A DNA stretch of 64,000 bases, taken from assembly GCA_965261085.1 (NCBI GenBank), contig OZ253442.1, positions 1,632,001 through 1,696,000 on the forward strand. The letters are read 5' to 3'. A program made the translations under genes and the position numbers. This DNA comes from a bacterium. GTDB taxonomy: Bacteria > UBA8248. The notes beneath the pieces are model-generated. The model made no database searches and was not told where the DNA came from. It was given only the letters and a program-made list of their open reading frames with translations. Each line of letters starts with the position of its first letter. The stretch's first letter is position 1. This document shows positions 20,979 to 31,034 of the stretch, piece by piece.

Positions 20979-22244
20979 ATGAGCGCTGAGAACAGAGAAA
21001 AAATTCTGACCCAGGTCGACGCCCATCGGGACGAGATCATCTCCCTGCTCACCAAGCTCGTCCAGATACCGAGCGTGACCGGCAACGAGCAAGAGATTCA
21101 AAATTATATCGCGGACTTCGTGCGCGAGATGGATGTCGAGGTGGACGTCTGGGAATCGGACTGGGAGGAGTTGAAAACACACCCCGAATACGTGCCCGTT
21201 ACCAGGGGCTATGAGGGGAGGCCGAACGTGGTCGCCGTGCTCAAGGGTTCGGGCGGAGGTAAATCGCTCCTGCTTAACGGCCACACCGATACCGTCCCGA
21301 ACGGCCCGGATGACGCCTGGGAGCATGGGCCGCTCTCTGCGGACATCGAGGACGGCCGTCTGTACGGGCGAGGCGCTTCGGACATGAAAAGCGGAGTGGC
21401 GGCCATCATGATGGCCGCCAAATGCTTCATGGCGGCGGGGCTTAGACCCAAGGGAAACGTTATTCTCGATTTCGTCGTGGATGAGGAGTTGAGCGGCCAC
21501 GGCACGCTCGACACCATTTTGCGCGGCTATACGGCGGATGCGGGGATTTGCTGCGAGACGAGCGAAAACGCCATCCAGCCCGGCTGCATCGGCAGAATAT
21601 GGTTCGAGATACTCGTGCGCGGAAAGGCGGCGGGCATCCAGCGAAGGTATGAGGGCGTGAACGCCATCGACCTGGGCTACAAGATTGTTCAGGCCGTGGC
21701 CGATCTCGAGAAAAAACGCTTGGAGACGGTATCCCATCCGTTGTATCCTAAAATCATCGACGCGATTCCTTGTATGGTCGGTTCGATGGAGGCCGGGAGC
21801 TTCCCGAGCGCCTTTCCGGATACCTGTGTGCTAAAGGGGAGTCTCGCCACCGTGCCCGGCGAGGATCACGACGCGGCCAAGCAAAGCCTGGTCGATCAGG
21901 TGGCGCAGGCGGCGGAGGAAGATCCGTGGATGAAGGATCATCCGCCGGAGGTGCGTTTCGTGGGGTATTACGCCGAATCGTCCGCCGTAGACGCTGAACA
22001 CCCGATCGTAAAGACGGTGGCGAACGCCTATCAGGAAATATCAGGTAAGACGCCTGAAATATCCGGGCGTCAGGGAGCGGCCGATACACGTTTTTTGAAT
22101 GGCTTCGGAATCCCGACGGTCATCTTCGGCCCCGGCCCCACCACCCAGATGCACGCGAACAACGAGTGGGTGGCGGTGGAGGACGTGATCGACGCGACGA
22201 AAACACTGGCGCTCTCCATCCTGGATTGGTGCGGAGCGGAATAA
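20979..22244 (+). CDS. ArgE/DapE family M20 deacylase
   Basis: NGHTDTVP, GRGASDMKSG, DEE, MHANNE. Confidence 0.92.
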   Translation: MSAENREKILTQVDAHRDEIISLLTKLVQIPSVTGNEQEIQNYIADFVREMDVEVDVWESDWEELKTHPEYVPVTRGYEGRPNVVAVLKGSGGGKSLLLNGHTDTVPNGPDDAWEHGPLSADIEDGRLYGRGASDMKSGVAAIMMAAKCFMAAGLRPKGNVILDFVVDEELSGHGTLDTILRGYTADAGICCETSENAIQPGCIGRIWFEILVRGKAAGIQRRYEGVNAIDLGYKIVQAVADLEKKRLETVSHPLYPKIIDAIPCMVGSMEAGSFPSAFPDTCVLKGSLATVPGEDHDAAKQSLVDQVAQAAEEDPWMKDHPPEVRFVGYYAESSAVDAEHPIVKTVANAYQEISGKTPEISGRQGAADTRFLNGFGIPTVIFGPGPTTQMHANNEWVAVEDVIDATKTLALSILDWCGAE

Positions 22245-22260
22245 GACCGAGGGAATCGAT

Positions 22261-23217
22261 ATGTCAGGACAAGACGTCAACTACGGAATCGCCATGCGGA
22301 ATTTCACCGCGTATCCCGAACTCCCCGACCCGGCGGCGCTCATCGAATATGGCGTCGCCATGGAGGAGTTGGGTTTCGAGTCCCTCTGGGTGTGGGATCA
22401 TATTCTGCTGGGCGTGGAGCCGCACTTCCCCATCATCGAGGCGTTGACGCTTCTGACGGCGGTGGCCGCGCGGACGAGCAGAATCAAACTCGGCACGGGC
22501 GTGCTCGTCTTGCCGCTGAGGAATCCGCTCGTACTGGCGAAGCAGCTTTCGAGCATCGACCAGATATCGAATGGCCGCCTCATCGTCGGTATGGCGTCGG
22601 GTTGGTACAAGCGCGAATTCGATGCCGTGGGCGTTCCCTTCGAAAAACGCGGCAACATCATGGATCAGAATATCGAAATCATCACAAGGCTTTGGACCGA
22701 GGATATGGTGCGCGCGGAATACGGGCAGTACAATCTTAGGAATTCCGTCATGTTCCCAAAGCCCGTGCAGCGGCCAAGGCCGAGCATTCTCATCGGGGGC
22801 TACGTCGACCGCGTACTCAAGCGCGCAGGTACGAAGGGCGATGGCTGGCTCACATATTTTTATACGCCGGAGAGCTTTACGCAGTCCTGGGAGAAGGTGC
22901 GCCGATTCGCCGAGGAAGCCGGACGCGACCCAGCCGAGCTTGAGAGCACGAACCAGCTTCCCATCATGGTGGGCGATTCGCGCGCTGAAATCGAGGGTCC
23001 GATGAACGAGTGGCTCCACACGGAGTGGGACTATGCCTCCTGGAGCGAGTCCACGGCTTCAAGCGCCGTCATGGGAAACGTCGATGAGTGCGTGGCGCAG
23101 CTACAGGCCCATATCGACACCGGGGTGAACCGGCTCATTTTCGTTCCCTACAAATACGAGATGGAGCAGGTGGAAATCGTGGCGAAGGAAATCATCCCTC
23201 GTCTGAGAGCGGGGTAG
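22261..23217 (+). CDS. LLM class (possibly F420-dependent) oxidoreductase
   Basis: GFESLWVWDH, LGTGVLVLPLRNP, FPKPVQRP, GDGW. Confidence 0.92.
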   Translation: MSGQDVNYGIAMRNFTAYPELPDPAALIEYGVAMEELGFESLWVWDHILLGVEPHFPIIEALTLLTAVAARTSRIKLGTGVLVLPLRNPLVLAKQLSSIDQISNGRLIVGMASGWYKREFDAVGVPFEKRGNIMDQNIEIITRLWTEDMVRAEYGQYNLRNSVMFPKPVQRPRPSILIGGYVDRVLKRAGTKGDGWLTYFYTPESFTQSWEKVRRFAEEAGRDPAELESTNQLPIMVGDSRAEIEGPMNEWLHTEWDYASWSESTASSAVMGNVDECVAQLQAHIDTGVNRLIFVPYKYEMEQVEIVAKEIIPRLRAG

Positions 23218-23255
23218 GCCAATAAAGTGATACGCCGCCTCACGGGAGCAGAACG

Positions 23256-23360
23256 ATGCAAACGACATCGAGAACGTGGGATAGTCTGGCTTCGGCTTCG
23301 GAGACGATCTTCGACGCCGTGGGCTTCACTCCGCTGGTGAAGCTCGGACGAATCGGGTAT
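23256..23360 (+). pseudogene. Truncated cysteine-synthase-like N-terminal fragment
   Basis: RTWDSLASASETIFDAVGFTPLVKL matches RAWDSYRRYSENIFDAIGGTPLVRL of the next gene; similarity then stops. Confidence 0.7.
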
Positions 23361-23475
23361 GGAGGCGGCGCTACAGGAAGTCGTCGAGGGGGACAGGGAG
23401 ATGATGCTCCAAAAGTTCAGGTCCTCATGGGAGATCATCGAATAAGGTATTTCCCTTCTTATTAAGGCGCAAGAA

Positions 23476-24531
23476 ATGGGTATTCGGAAACGAGCTTGGG
23501 ATTCTTACAGACGCTATTCTGAAAACATTTTCGACGCCATCGGGGGCACGCCTCTGGTGCGTTTGAACAAGGTGGCGGTGGATGTTCAACCCGAGGTTTA
23601 CGCGAAACTCGAGTGGTACTCGCCCTCGGGGAGCCTCAAGGATCGCATCTACTACAACATGCTCTTGAAAGCGGAGGAGCGCGGCGACCTGAGAGCCGGA
23701 ATGACGGTGCTCGAATGCTCCACCGGCAACGCAGGCATCGCCTGCTCGTTCGTCTCTGCGGTCAAGGGTTACTCCTGCATCGTCGTCATGCCCGAGGGCA
23801 TGAGCGATGAGCGCAAAAAGCTTATGCGCGCCTATGGGGCCGATTTGGTATTTACGCCGGGCGGGGAGAGCGACGTCGACCTCGCGCTTGAGAAACTCGA
23901 AGAAATCCGCACGGCTTCGCCTGAGAAATACTGGGTTCCCGCCCAATTCGACAATTTAGACAACAACGAGGCGCATTACCTCACGACGGGGCCCGAGATT
24001 TTCGAGCAGTTGGACGGGCGCGTAGACGCCGTCGTGGCGTCGCAGGGAACGGGTGGCTGGGTGAGTGGCGTAGGGAAATTCCTGCGTGAGGACAACCCGG
24101 ATGTGAGGCTCTACGCGGTGGAGCCTCAGGAATGTCCGCTCCTGAGCCAGCGGGGCTGGGGGCCGCACGGCATCGAGGGTATCGGGGACGGCTTCGTGCC
24201 CAAGGCGCTCGACCTGTCGCAGCTTTCAGGCATCGTGACGACGACGACGGATGAGTCGGTCGAAATGGCGCAACGCCTGGCGCGCGAGGAGGGAATTTTC
24301 TGCGGCATCTCCTCGGGCTGCAACGTGGCGGCCGCCATCAAGCTGGCCCGCAGGCATCCTGAGTTGCTCAACATTGTCACGAACATCAACGATACGGGAC
24401 AGCGTTATTTCACCACCGCCTTATGCGGGGAGGAAAAACACGTCGAGATTCCCGAACGAGACCACCACGTGGACCCATACAGCGCGGCGCAACTCGATCG
24501 GTATTCGAGCGAATGGGAAATCATTACCTAG
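23476..24531 (+). CDS. PLP-dependent cysteine synthase family protein
   Basis: AKLEWYSPSGSLKDR, STGNAG, GTGG, HGIEGIG, GISSG, DTGQRY. Confidence 0.92.
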   Translation: MGIRKRAWDSYRRYSENIFDAIGGTPLVRLNKVAVDVQPEVYAKLEWYSPSGSLKDRIYYNMLLKAEERGDLRAGMTVLECSTGNAGIACSFVSAVKGYSCIVVMPEGMSDERKKLMRAYGADLVFTPGGESDVDLALEKLEEIRTASPEKYWVPAQFDNLDNNEAHYLTTGPEIFEQLDGRVDAVVASQGTGGWVSGVGKFLREDNPDVRLYAVEPQECPLLSQRGWGPHGIEGIGDGFVPKALDLSQLSGIVTTTTDESVEMAQRLAREEGIFCGISSGCNVAAAIKLARRHPELLNIVTNINDTGQRYFTTALCGEEKHVEIPERDHHVDPYSAAQLDRYSSEWEIIT

Positions 24532-24552
24532 CATCAACTGTGGGTAGAACAT

Positions 24553-25419
24553 ATGCTTTATGCCCAGATTCTGATTAACAGCATTCTCTTAGGCGGCATA
24601 TACGCCTGCATCGCGGTCGGCTTCTCGCTCGTCTGGGGCGTGATGAACATCTTGAACGTCCTGCACGGCACGTTTTTGATGCTGGGCGGCTACGTTACGT
24701 TCTGGATGTTCAAGCTCTATGGCGTGGACCCGTTTTTGTCCCTTCCTGTTTCCGCCGCCGTCATGTTCTGCGCCGGTTATGTGGTGCAGCGCGGATTGAT
24801 CAACAAAATCGTACGCGCGCCCATGTTCATGTCCCTGATTCTCACCTTTGGTCTTCAGTTAATCGTCGTGAGGCTGGCGATATTTTTCTTCACCGGTGAT
24901 TACAGGTCGGTTCAGCCCTCCTATGCTGGTTTCTCCATTACCGTCATGGGTCTTTCCATACCATTCGTCCGGATTTCCATATTCGTGCTAGGCGTCATTC
25001 TCACGAGCATTCTCTTCTGGTTCATGGGGCGTACACGCACGGGTCGGGCCATACGCGCGACGAGGATGGATTTGGATTCCGCCCAGTTGATGGGCGTCGA
25101 CATCGGAAAAATATACGCCATCACATATGGAATCGGCGCGGCCGTCGCCGCCACGGCGGGTTCCCTTGTGAGCGTGGGTTTCGCCATCTCGCCGGTGAGT
25201 GACGTGGAATTTCTCTCGAAGTCCTTCATCATCTGCACCATCGGAGGCCTCGGGAACATCACGGGTGCGCTTGCCGGGGGGCTGATACTGGGACTCGCCG
25301 AGAATTTCGGGGCCCTGTATTTCGGCCCGGGGCTGCAAAACGCCATCGGCTACGTGCTCTTGATTCTGGTGCTCTTCATCAAACCATCGGGCCTGCTGGG
25401 CAGAAAGGGTTTTGAATAA
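24553..25419 (+). CDS. Branched-chain amino acid type ABC permease (LivH-like)
   Basis: GFSLVWGVMNILN, TRTGRAIRA, IGGLGNI, KPSGLLG. Confidence 0.92.
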   Translation: MLYAQILINSILLGGIYACIAVGFSLVWGVMNILNVLHGTFLMLGGYVTFWMFKLYGVDPFLSLPVSAAVMFCAGYVVQRGLINKIVRAPMFMSLILTFGLQLIVVRLAIFFFTGDYRSVQPSYAGFSITVMGLSIPFVRISIFVLGVILTSILFWFMGRTRTGRAIRATRMDLDSAQLMGVDIGKIYAITYGIGAAVAATAGSLVSVGFAISPVSDVEFLSKSFIICTIGGLGNITGALAGGLILGLAENFGALYFGPGLQNAIGYVLLILVLFIKPSGLLGRKGFE

Positions 25420-25420
25420 C

Positions 25421-26404
25421 ATGTTCAAGCCTTGGGCCCACATTCAATGGCTCGGCATGGGAGCGGGCGTGCTCGCCCTCATCCTTTTGCCTTCTTTCGT
25501 GGAGAACGACGAGATTCGCAAGTGGATGGATATCCTGATGGTGGCCATACTGGCGACGAGCTGGAATTTCATCGGCGGCTTGACGGGCTATCCTTCCTTC
25601 GCGCCGGCCGCCTTTTTCGGGCTGGGTGCCTACACGACGGCCGTCCTGATGAACGCGGGGTTCAATTTCTTTATCACCTTAGGGATTGGGGCTAGCTTCG
25701 GCGCTCTCGTGGCGCTCGCCCTGGGCGTTCCCATATTGCGGCTGAAAGGCCACTACTTCGCCATCGCCACGTTCGGTGTGGCGGAATTTTTCCGTGAACT
25801 GGCGGATAATCTGCGCATCACCGGCGGGGGGGACGGGATCAACCTTCCCCAGATTACGGGCGGGCCGGATTATTTCACGCGCTTTTTTTACTTCTCCATG
25901 CTCGGGGTGGCCGTGCTCGCGGTCTTGACGCAGTACTTCGTCACGCGTCACCGCCTGGGTTACGGGCTTGTCGCGATTCGGGAGAATGAGGACGCGGCCG
26001 CCATGACGGGCGTGGATACGACAAAATACAAGATCATCGCTTTTGTTCTCTCATCCATTTTCCCCGCGATGGGCGGCGGCGTGTATGCCTATCGCGCCGC
26101 ATTTTTAGAACCCATCGATGTGTTCGACATCATGTTCTCCATCAAGGCGATCGTGATGTCTATGCTCGGCGGGGTGGGGACGGTGATGGGTCCGGTCATG
26201 GGCGCGTTGATGATGGAATACCTGGCGGATTACCTGTGGGGGGCGTTCACGGAATTCCACAGCGTGTTTTTGGGAATCATCATCGTGCTGGTCGTTTTAT
26301 TCCTCCCGCGTGGCCTGATGGCCGTCTCCCAAGAAGTGAAAAGCCGCGGGTGGGGGTCTTTGGGGGTTATCCTTAAGAGCAACATACAGAGGTTCAAGGT
26401 GTGA
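25421..26404 (+). CDS. Branched-chain amino acid type ABC permease (LivM-like)
   Basis: LRLKGHYFAIAT, TGGGDG, AIRENEDAA, LGGVGT, LPRG. Confidence 0.92.
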   Translation: MFKPWAHIQWLGMGAGVLALILLPSFVENDEIRKWMDILMVAILATSWNFIGGLTGYPSFAPAAFFGLGAYTTAVLMNAGFNFFITLGIGASFGALVALALGVPILRLKGHYFAIATFGVAEFFRELADNLRITGGGDGINLPQITGGPDYFTRFFYFSMLGVAVLAVLTQYFVTRHRLGYGLVAIRENEDAAAMTGVDTTKYKIIAFVLSSIFPAMGGGVYAYRAAFLEPIDVFDIMFSIKAIVMSMLGGVGTVMGPVMGALMMEYLADYLWGAFTEFHSVFLGIIIVLVVLFLPRGLMAVSQEVKSRGWGSLGVILKSNIQRFKV

Positions 26405-27168
26405 GCGAAACACTGTTAGAAGGGAGGGGCGTCACAAAGCGTTTCGGCGGACTCACCGCCGTCTCGGCGGTGGATTTCACCGTGCGGAAAGGAGAGATCC
26501 TGGGCGTCATCGGTCCCAACGGTGCGGGGAAGACGACGCTCCTCAACTGCATTACGGGTCTTGATCCGTTGAATGAGGGGGAGATTCTGTTTCGCGGCGA
26601 ACGCATCGAAACCTTCAAGCCCCATACCATCACGAGAAGGGGGATTGCCCGGACGTTTCAGATTGTTCAGCCCTTTCCGGGTCTCGCGGTGCGCGAGAAC
26701 GTCGTGATGGGCGCGCTGTTCGGCTCCCAGAAGTCGAGAAAAGAAGTGAAGCGCGCCCAAGGCCTCGCGGATGAAATGCTGGCGTTCGTGGGGCTAAGCG
26801 CTAAGGCCACGCAACTCGCCTCCCAACTCACGCTCGCCGAGAGAAAGCGCCTCGAATTCGCCAAGTCTCTCGCCACCGATCCGGAGGTGCTTCTTCTCGA
26901 TGAGGTGAATGCCGGCCTGAACACGACGGAAATCGAGAACGCCATTTCCCTCATCCACAAGGTGAGGGATCAGGGCGTGACCATCCTGGTGATCGAACAT
27001 TTGATGAAGGTGATTACGGGTCTCTCGGATCGCGTCATCGTTTTACACCATGGGGAGAAGATAGCGGAAGGTTTGCCCGGCGAGGTGACGAGCGATGAGC
27101 AGGTCATCAAGGCGTATCTGGGCGAGAAGTATGTGGCGATGATGAAAAAACTGGAAGAGGAGTCCTAG
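26401..27168 (+). CDS. ABC ATP-binding protein (LivG-like)
   Basis: GPNGAGKTT, IARTFQ, LLLDE, VIKAYLG. Confidence 0.94.
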   Translation: MSETLLEGRGVTKRFGGLTAVSAVDFTVRKGEILGVIGPNGAGKTTLLNCITGLDPLNEGEILFRGERIETFKPHTITRRGIARTFQIVQPFPGLAVRENVVMGALFGSQKSRKEVKRAQGLADEMLAFVGLSAKATQLASQLTLAERKRLEFAKSLATDPEVLLLDEVNAGLNTTEIENAISLIHKVRDQGVTILVIEHLMKVITGLSDRVIVLHHGEKIAEGLPGEVTSDEQVIKAYLGEKYVAMMKKLEEES

Positions 27169-27170
27169 GT

Positions 27171-27911
27171 GTGGCGACGAGTGAATCGCACGGCGGGGCG
27201 AACCTCCTGGAAGTGCGCGGCCTGGCGGGTGGTTATGACGACGTGCAGGTTCTGTGGGGCGTCGACCTGAGCGTGCGCGAAGGCGAGATTGTCGCCATCG
27301 TCGGCAGCAACGGCGTCGGAAAATCCACGTTCCTGCGAATGCTCTCGGGCGTGCTCCCTCATCGGGCGGGCACGGTAACGCTGGATGGCGAGCCCCTTGG
27401 AGGAATGTCGCCGGAGGGCATCGTCGCCAAGGGGATTTCCCATGTGCCCGAGGGCCGGAGGCTCTTCGCCGCGATGAGCGTGGAGGAGAATCTCTTGATG
27501 GGCGCCTATGCCCGGAAGATGGCCGATCAGGAATTGGCGGCGGATTTAGAGAGGGTGTACGGGTTTTTCCCGAGATTGGCGGAACGTAAATCCCAGCTTG
27601 CGGGAAGCATGTCCGGCGGCGAGCAACAGATGTGCGCGATTGCCCGGGGGTTGATGGCGCGTCCCAGACTCCTCTTGATCGATGAGCTTTCCCTGGGTCT
27701 TGCTCCCAGGCTGGTGGAGGAGTTGTGTGGTTTCGTCCAGCAGATAAACGAGGAGGGCGTCGCCATCATTCTCGTGGAACAGGATGTTCTTACCGCGTTC
27801 GAGCTCGCAGGCCGGGCCTATGTTTTCGAGACGGGGCGTGTAACGATTTCCGGTACGTCGGATGAACTGCTGGCGAATCCGCAGGTGAAAAAAGCATATC
27901 TGGGCATGTAG
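27171..27911 (+). CDS. ABC ATP-binding protein (LivF-like)
   Basis: GSNGVGKST, VPEGRRLF, MSGGEQQM, LVEQ. Confidence 0.94.
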   Translation: MATSESHGGANLLEVRGLAGGYDDVQVLWGVDLSVREGEIVAIVGSNGVGKSTFLRMLSGVLPHRAGTVTLDGEPLGGMSPEGIVAKGISHVPEGRRLFAAMSVEENLLMGAYARKMADQELAADLERVYGFFPRLAERKSQLAGSMSGGEQQMCAIARGLMARPRLLLIDELSLGLAPRLVEELCGFVQQINEEGVAIILVEQDVLTAFELAGRAYVFETGRVTISGTSDELLANPQVKKAYLGM

Positions 27912-28008
27912 CCTGTTTTCATATACTCTGTCTGGAATCAGGTTATGTGAGAATTGTGGAGAAATCGAGAACGGAAGAGGTAGCGCTCACTTAATGAGGA
28001 GGCGAATC

Positions 28009-29217
28009 ATGAGATATCGGAGTTTGTTGTTTCTCATCGCAGTGGTTTTGTTTTTTGCTTTCGGCGTAACAGGACTTCAAGGCCTGGACGGCGCCCAGGC
28101 GGCGGAGGTCAAGTTCGGCGCCGCCTTGCCGCTCACGGGTCCGCTCGCCACGGAGGGGAAAAAGCAGCAGGCGGGTTATGAAATCTGGCGAGAGCGTGTG
28201 AACAAGGCGGGCGGCATCAACGTAGGCGGCAAGAAGATGAAAGTGAAAATCGTCTACTACGACTATGAGAGCAAGACGCCGACGGCCACCAAGCTCGCCG
28301 AACGACTCATCACCAAGGAAAAGGTGGACCTCCTTCTTGGCCCGTTTGGAAGCGGGGCGACGAAATCCGTCGCCGCGATTACCGAGCGTTATCAGGTTCC
28401 CCTCATCGCGCCCGTGGCGAGTTCCGAGCCGATTTTCGACCAGGGCTACAAATACCTCTTCGGTCTTTTAGCGCCGAATGCGTATTTGCCGAACAACTTC
28501 CTTACGCTCTTGAAAGAGCAAAAGCCGATGCCGAAGACCATAGCGTTCGTGACGCGCAACGACTTCTTCCCGCGCGCCGTCACGAGGATGGTCAGAGCAG
28601 CGGCGAAAAAGCAAGGTTTCACGGATGTTTACTACGCCGAATTCCCGAAAGATTCCAAGGACATGTCCACCTGGCTCACGATCGTGAAGGGCAAGAATCC
28701 CGACGTGCTCATGGTGGCCGGCTATCTTCCCGACACCCTTCTCGCCACCAAGCAGGCGAACGAGTTGGGAGTGAAGCCCAAAATCCTGTTCACCATGGTG
28801 GGTCCGGTTTATGCCCAGTTCACGGAATCTCTCGGAGGCACGGCCAACAACATCCTGACCGCCGCCTGGTGGGGCGAGGCGCTCGATTATAAGGGTGACT
28901 TCATCGGCACGGCGCGGGATTTTGGAAAAATCTGGCGTGACAAGTTCAAGCAGGAGCCGGACTACGTCGCCGCGGCATCGACCGCCGCGGGCATCGTCGC
29001 CCAGAAGGCCATCGAGACGGCGGGAACGCTGGATAAGAAGAAGGTTCGCGACGCGATTGCGAACATCAACTTGCAGACTTTCTTCGGCCCCGTGAAATTC
29101 GACAAGCGCAACATGAACGCGGCGAGCGCCATCGTTTTGTTCCAGGTGCAGGACGGAAAACGCAAAACGGTGGGACCGAAGAGTGTGGCGAACGCGAAGT
29201 TCAGATATCCGAGATAG
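28009..29217 (+). CDS. Amino acid ABC transporter substrate-binding protein
   Basis: Signal peptide; LPLTGPLA, VNKAGGI, LLGPFGS; GAGGAGG SD. Confidence 0.92.
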   Translation: MRYRSLLFLIAVVLFFAFGVTGLQGLDGAQAAEVKFGAALPLTGPLATEGKKQQAGYEIWRERVNKAGGINVGGKKMKVKIVYYDYESKTPTATKLAERLITKEKVDLLLGPFGSGATKSVAAITERYQVPLIAPVASSEPIFDQGYKYLFGLLAPNAYLPNNFLTLLKEQKPMPKTIAFVTRNDFFPRAVTRMVRAAAKKQGFTDVYYAEFPKDSKDMSTWLTIVKGKNPDVLMVAGYLPDTLLATKQANELGVKPKILFTMVGPVYAQFTESLGGTANNILTAAWWGEALDYKGDFIGTARDFGKIWRDKFKQEPDYVAAASTAAGIVAQKAIETAGTLDKKKVRDAIANINLQTFFGPVKFDKRNMNAASAIVLFQVQDGKRKTVGPKSVANAKFRYPR

Positions 29218-29288
29218 TTTTCAGGCCGGGTTCAGGAGCGCCGCCGAGGTTGAGGCGGCGTTCTTGAACTTGGCGTTTGAGGGTTTTG

Positions 29289-30092
29289 ATGCCGACGATT
29301 CGTCAGTTGGCCGATGATGAGGTGCCCGAAGCGGCGCGCGAGCTCGTCGAGCGCATCAAGACGCGTGAAAAACGCGTTTTCGGCATCGATACGCTCTCGA
29401 ACGTCTGGCGCGCCATGACCCATCATCCCGAATACATGAAGGCGAGTTGGGAACGCTCGCGGGCCACGATGCAGCGCGGGGATGTGCCGCCTTTGGTGAA
29501 AGAGATGGTCGCCTCGGCGGTCTCCATCGTCAACGCGTGTGAATACTGAATCGACTCCCATATCGCCGCGGTCATGCGGATGGGGGTCGATGAGGTGGGG
29601 ATCACGGAATTGGTTGGGTTGACGGATCATGTCTCGGGGATGAACAAGGTCGCTTTCGGGCTACTATTGGAAGATGAGGACGCGAGTGCATCGCCCCTTC
29701 TGCCTTATGCGGAAGAAGAGGAATTCGATCCGGTTGTCCGGGAATTGATGAGTGAAGTGGCGGAGATGGAATCGGCGCGCCTGGGCAGAGATGGCGTTCC
29801 GCGCTATTGGCGTTGTTTGGCGCGAAACCGGCATTATTTCGAATCGACGTGGAACAAGCACAAACTCTTGCTCGATGGGGGCGTTCTCGAAAAACAGGCC
29901 AAGGCGGCGGTGGGTTTGGGGGTGAGCGCCACGAACGGATCCAAATATTTCATACGGTATTTTCACGCGAATTTGGTGAACATGGGCTGGGACCCGGGGC
30001 GGATCCTCGAGATTCTCGGGGTGGTGGACCATTACAACAGCTTTAACTCCCTGGCGACGGGGATGCAGATTGAATCCGACATCAGGCCATGA
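29289..30092 (+). CDS. AhpD/carboxymuconolactone decarboxylase-like selenoprotein (Sec at TGA 29547-29549)
   Basis: ORFs 29277-29549 and 29574-30092 share one frame; readthrough gives VSIVNACEY-U-IDSH, the AhpD CxxC..H motif; SECIS-like hairpin directly follows. Confidence 0.88.
29550..29591 (+). promoter_or_regulatory. Putative bacterial SECIS element
   Basis: ATCGACTCCCAT...ATGGGGGTCGAT lower stem, CCGC-GGTCAT-GCGG upper stem-loop with G-first loop, immediately 3' of the in-frame UGA. Confidence 0.8.
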
Positions 30093-30163
30093 TTCGCGGG
30101 ATCTTTCGCATTAGCGCCGCATGAGCTTGGTGCTTGCCTAAATGGAAATTTTTGGGGCAGAGA

Positions 30164-31018
30164 ATGGAATTTTTACGCGCTACATCGGTGAATGAGGCGC
30201 TGGCGGCTGCGCGAGATGGCGCCGCTTTTGTGGCGGGCGGCACGAACCTGGTACCGGATGTTCTTTTCGGGCGAAAGCAAATTGCGCGCGCTGTGGATAT
30301 CAGCCGTCTTGATGAGCTCCGTTTTATCGAGGAGGAAGACGGGAAAATAAGAATCGGTGCGCTGGCGACGGTCACGGATTTGCTGGATTCTGAATTGATA
30401 CGCGTCGCCGCCCCGCCTTTGTATGAGAGCGCTCTTGAATTCGCAGGTCCCTTGGTGAGAAACCGCGCGAGCGTAGCGGGTAACCTGATGGATGCCTCGC
30501 CCGCCGCGGATTTGGCGCCACCTCTGTTGGCGCAAGATGGCGTCGTTGAATTGGCTTCGGTGGATGGTGAACGCTCCCTGCCGCTTTCCGAATTTTTCCT
30601 GGATTATCGAAAGACGGCTGTGCGACCAGAAGAACTCATGACGGCAATTGTGATTGAACCACTGCAGAGAGAAGATCGTTGCGCCTACTACAAACTCCAA
30701 CTCAGGCGTGCGATGGCGATAGCCGTTGTAAGTGTGGCGATCTCTCTTCGGATGAGAGGAAACGTTTGTGCGGAGGCCGCCATCGCTCTCGGAGCAGTGG
30801 CCGCGATCCCGTGCCGCGCGCACGACGCCGAGGCGCATCTGCGCGGCAAGGAAATCGGGGAGGCGGAAATCGAGGCGGCGGCGACAGCCGCAGCAGATAG
30901 CGCGCAACCCATTGACGACGTGCGGGCGGGTGCGGGGTATCGGAAAAAAATGTGCGGCGTGCTGGTTCGCCGCTTGTTGAAAAAGGCGTTGGGCATGTCC
31001 CAAGCCGTGGTCGTGTGA
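30164..31018 (+). CDS. Xanthine dehydrogenase family FAD-binding subunit
   Basis: AGGTNL, RIGALAT, VRNRASVAGN, ASPAAD, PIDDVRA. Confidence 0.93.
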   Translation: MEFLRATSVNEALAAARDGAAFVAGGTNLVPDVLFGRKQIARAVDISRLDELRFIEEEDGKIRIGALATVTDLLDSELIRVAAPPLYESALEFAGPLVRNRASVAGNLMDASPAADLAPPLLAQDGVVELASVDGERSLPLSEFFLDYRKTAVRPEELMTAIVIEPLQREDRCAYYKLQLRRAMAIAVVSVAISLRMRGNVCAEAAIALGAVAAIPCRAHDAEAHLRGKEIGEAEIEAAATAAADSAQPIDDVRAGAGYRKKMCGVLVRRLLKKALGMSQAVVV

Positions 31019-31034
31019 TGAAATCCTTTGGATT

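Noticed and set aside
5802-21737. Long antisense or alternate-frame ORFs (e.g. 5802-6962, 7011-7988, 12683-13594, 19151-20455)
   Set aside because: Shadows of well-supported genes, expected at high GC; no motifs.
29574-30092. Separate 172-aa gene
   Set aside because: It is in frame with the upstream ORF and its start lies within the SECIS hairpin; better explained as Sec readthrough.
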